Shown here: in pieces, positions 62,143 through 64,000 of the stretch
Layout: each line of letters opens with the position of its first letter
Numbering within the stretch: the first letter of the stretch is position 1
Origin: Salisapilia sapeloensis CBS 127946
Taxonomy: Eukaryota; Protista; Oomycota
DNA length: 64,000 bases
Assembly: GCA_023334545.1 (NCBI GenBank)
Contig: JAADVB010000032.1
Location: 43,306-107,305, forward strand
Direction: 5' to 3'
The notes under the pieces: model-generated
The model's input: only the letters and a program-made list of their open reading frames with translations
Databases searched by the model: none
Told to the model about the DNA's origin: nothing
Position numbers and translations under genes: made by a program

Positions 62143-63924
62143 GTGTACCTTGGCGTTCGTGGCAATACATCTTCATTTACTCAAGATGATTATCGTGCTC
62201 TTGCTTTAAATTGTTTTGGTATAAAGTTGCTAAATAGATGTTAACTTTGCCCGTAAATTGCGTGTACGTTGCTTTAATCCATACGTGCGCACTAAAGCGA
62301 AGGAAGAAGATAGTCAACTCAGTCACTGCTCCAAGTACCATTATCTTCATACTACGTTCGCGAATAGCCACTCGAAACGTAAGATAGATGGTATCTTCTC
62401 ATGTAATTAAGACATCAAATTCCTATGGAAGAGTAATAGGAAATGTATTGCTACGTTTTTATGATGTCGACCTTGATGCTTTCTGGCTTCAAATCTTCTA
62501 TATCCGCTCAACAGCATGTTCTAGCCAAGTGCACTCGTTCTCTTTCATCAATCGTATCTGATTCGAGTCCCACACCTGAGTTCACGGTTACCTAAGTTTC
62601 CACTCGCTTCTGTCGCTGCGTGTTCGTCGTCCATCAGATTGTCATAGCTGCTCAGCAGTACTAAACTACTGCAAGCCTCTACATCATCGTGATAACCTCG
62701 TATCATCTTCGTCATCCGGTTCTTCGCTTCAGAAACGAAAAAGTAAAACGGGCGAGACCTCCTGACAAGCACTACCGTCCACACCACAAATCCTGCTTTC
62801 TGGTAGATCCCACGGCATCAACGCTTCATAGCCTTGTAATGGTGAAGTCTACTATTTTATCGCTACAGCTCTCAACGCAATGCTATCCTTTGTCATTTAG
62901 ATAGACTACGGGTCGTTTTACTATATCTGTAGCATTGGATTACATAGTGAAAATATTCGCGAAGCGAAAGCCATTCTAGAAACTTCATATACCCAAGTTT
63001 CCACTGGCTTTGAGTGATCTATGAAATACATCTTTCATAATTTCTTCTTAATCGTTATCCATTGAATGCCGCAAATCCGCGACTGACCATGCGACCAAGC
63101 ACTTGCTCATGCTGACTCCAGCCCATCTTGCTCTCTCTTCGTAGCGAAAACTCCCAATATTTAATGCACGAAAGTCTCATTTTCCGAGGTCTAATTTTCT
63201 GCTTTCTATGCACAAGCAAACGGGGCGCATTGTCGTCTTCATGTCCATTGCGCTGCATACATTGTTCGAGTCTCCAAATACTGATAGATGGAAGAGTCTC
63301 GTCGTTCGAAACCTGGTTAACAGCATCTTCCCGATTAATGACTGAAATATACCTGATGTTTCTGCGTAAAGTTACTTGAAGTTGGATACATTCCCTCGCA
63401 ATGCTTCACCGTCAACAAATAGTAGTATTAATCTTTTCGTCATCGACATCCATTGACCTTTATCTATCATACAGGCTATAAGCTTCTTTTTTATTAGAAA
63501 GCTTTGGAGATATAGACAAATGGCGCTTAGTTTTCCACTGCTAACCGGGTATCCTTCCGAATCAAAGTCTAAGGTTTCCACTTGATACAAGATTTTGTTT
63601 GCTTTTTAGATTATCTCTGACAGAGTCTATTTTATGCTTACTCTCAGGAATATAAATTCATTTTCCTCCCTTCAGCATCGTTTAGACAACTCCAGAGACT
63701 AAAAGTCAAGCCAAGCATACCCACTACTGTGTCAATTTTATTCCAGACAAACAACTGTGATCCCTCTTTTCCAAGAGCTCTGATGTGATGGCATGACGGA
63801 AATGCACATCCATTTATAATCTGTTGATTAATGAACGATCATAAGCTCTTGCTGCCGACTCCCGAAAAGCAGCCGGGATTCCCGTGAGCTTGACTACCTG
63901 TTTTGCGCGTCAGTCCGATTGCTT

Positions 63925-63941
63925 TTCATTTTCCAACTTGC
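63925..63941 (+). promoter_or_regulatory. Inr+FPR core promoter
   Basis: TTCATTTTCCAACTTGC, 38 nt upstream of the ATG at 63980. Confidence 0.6.
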
Positions 63942-63979
63942 TTCAGCAGTGACATCCCGAAAGCCCAACCAACAATACT

Positions 63980-64000
63980 ATGAAGTTTACTAGCGTCATC
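63980..64000 (+). CDS. Start of a probable secreted protein (MKFTSVI...), truncated by window edge
   Basis: ATG AAG TTT ACT AGC GTC ATC after an Inr+FPR element; MKF-type signal-peptide start. Only 7 codons are visible. Confidence 0.4.

Noticed and set aside
1-64000. rRNA, tRNA, CRISPR arrays, transposase/RT/integrase ORFs, RxLR/CRN effectors
   Set aside because: None were recognised by eye. tRNAscan-SE, Infernal and RepeatMasker were not run, so small ncRNAs cannot be excluded.

Overview
This is a gene-dense eukaryotic nuclear window, most likely from an oomycete (stramenopile) with flagellated zoospores. The basis is short GT-AG introns (mostly 52-64 nt), repeated Inr+FPR-type core promoters (TCAYTTTCMAAYTTGC), oomycete-type gene families (M96-like, WRKY19-like zinc finger, FYVE fusion) and axonemal/IFT genes. 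About 24 protein-coding genes are supported: exportin-T (5'-truncated), two divergent M96-like genes, two tandem rhodanese-DSP phosphatases, a kinesin, a triple-PZP chromatin protein, a membrane-anchored JmjC oxygenase, a 12.6-kb intronless Kelch-bearing outer-arm dynein heavy chain, syntaxin-16, a GH47 mannosidase, two small single-pass membrane proteins, an IQ-like orphan, a tandem class III nucleotide cyclase, a carrier protein, an alkaline ceramidase, a degenerate adenylate-kinase-like protein, a WRKY19-like Zn-finger, IFT139/TTC21B, a WW+C2HC protein, a low-complexity hypothetical, a Cys-less pentameric ligand-gated channel, and the first 7 codons of a probable secreted protein. I saw no rRNA, tRNA, CRISPR array or recognisable transposon. 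The most intriguing signals are a thrice-repeated C-x2-H-x-L-x2-C-x-L-C motif in the kinesin tail, a signal-peptide-less Pro-loop channel with an extra N-terminal domain, a cyclase lacking its metal-binding aspartates, a phosphatase pair with different membrane-targeting tails (FYVE vs CaaX), and a uORF overlapping the mannosidase start. All family calls come from recognising motifs by eye; no database searches were run. I did not find a self-contained novel multi-gene system that I can support.
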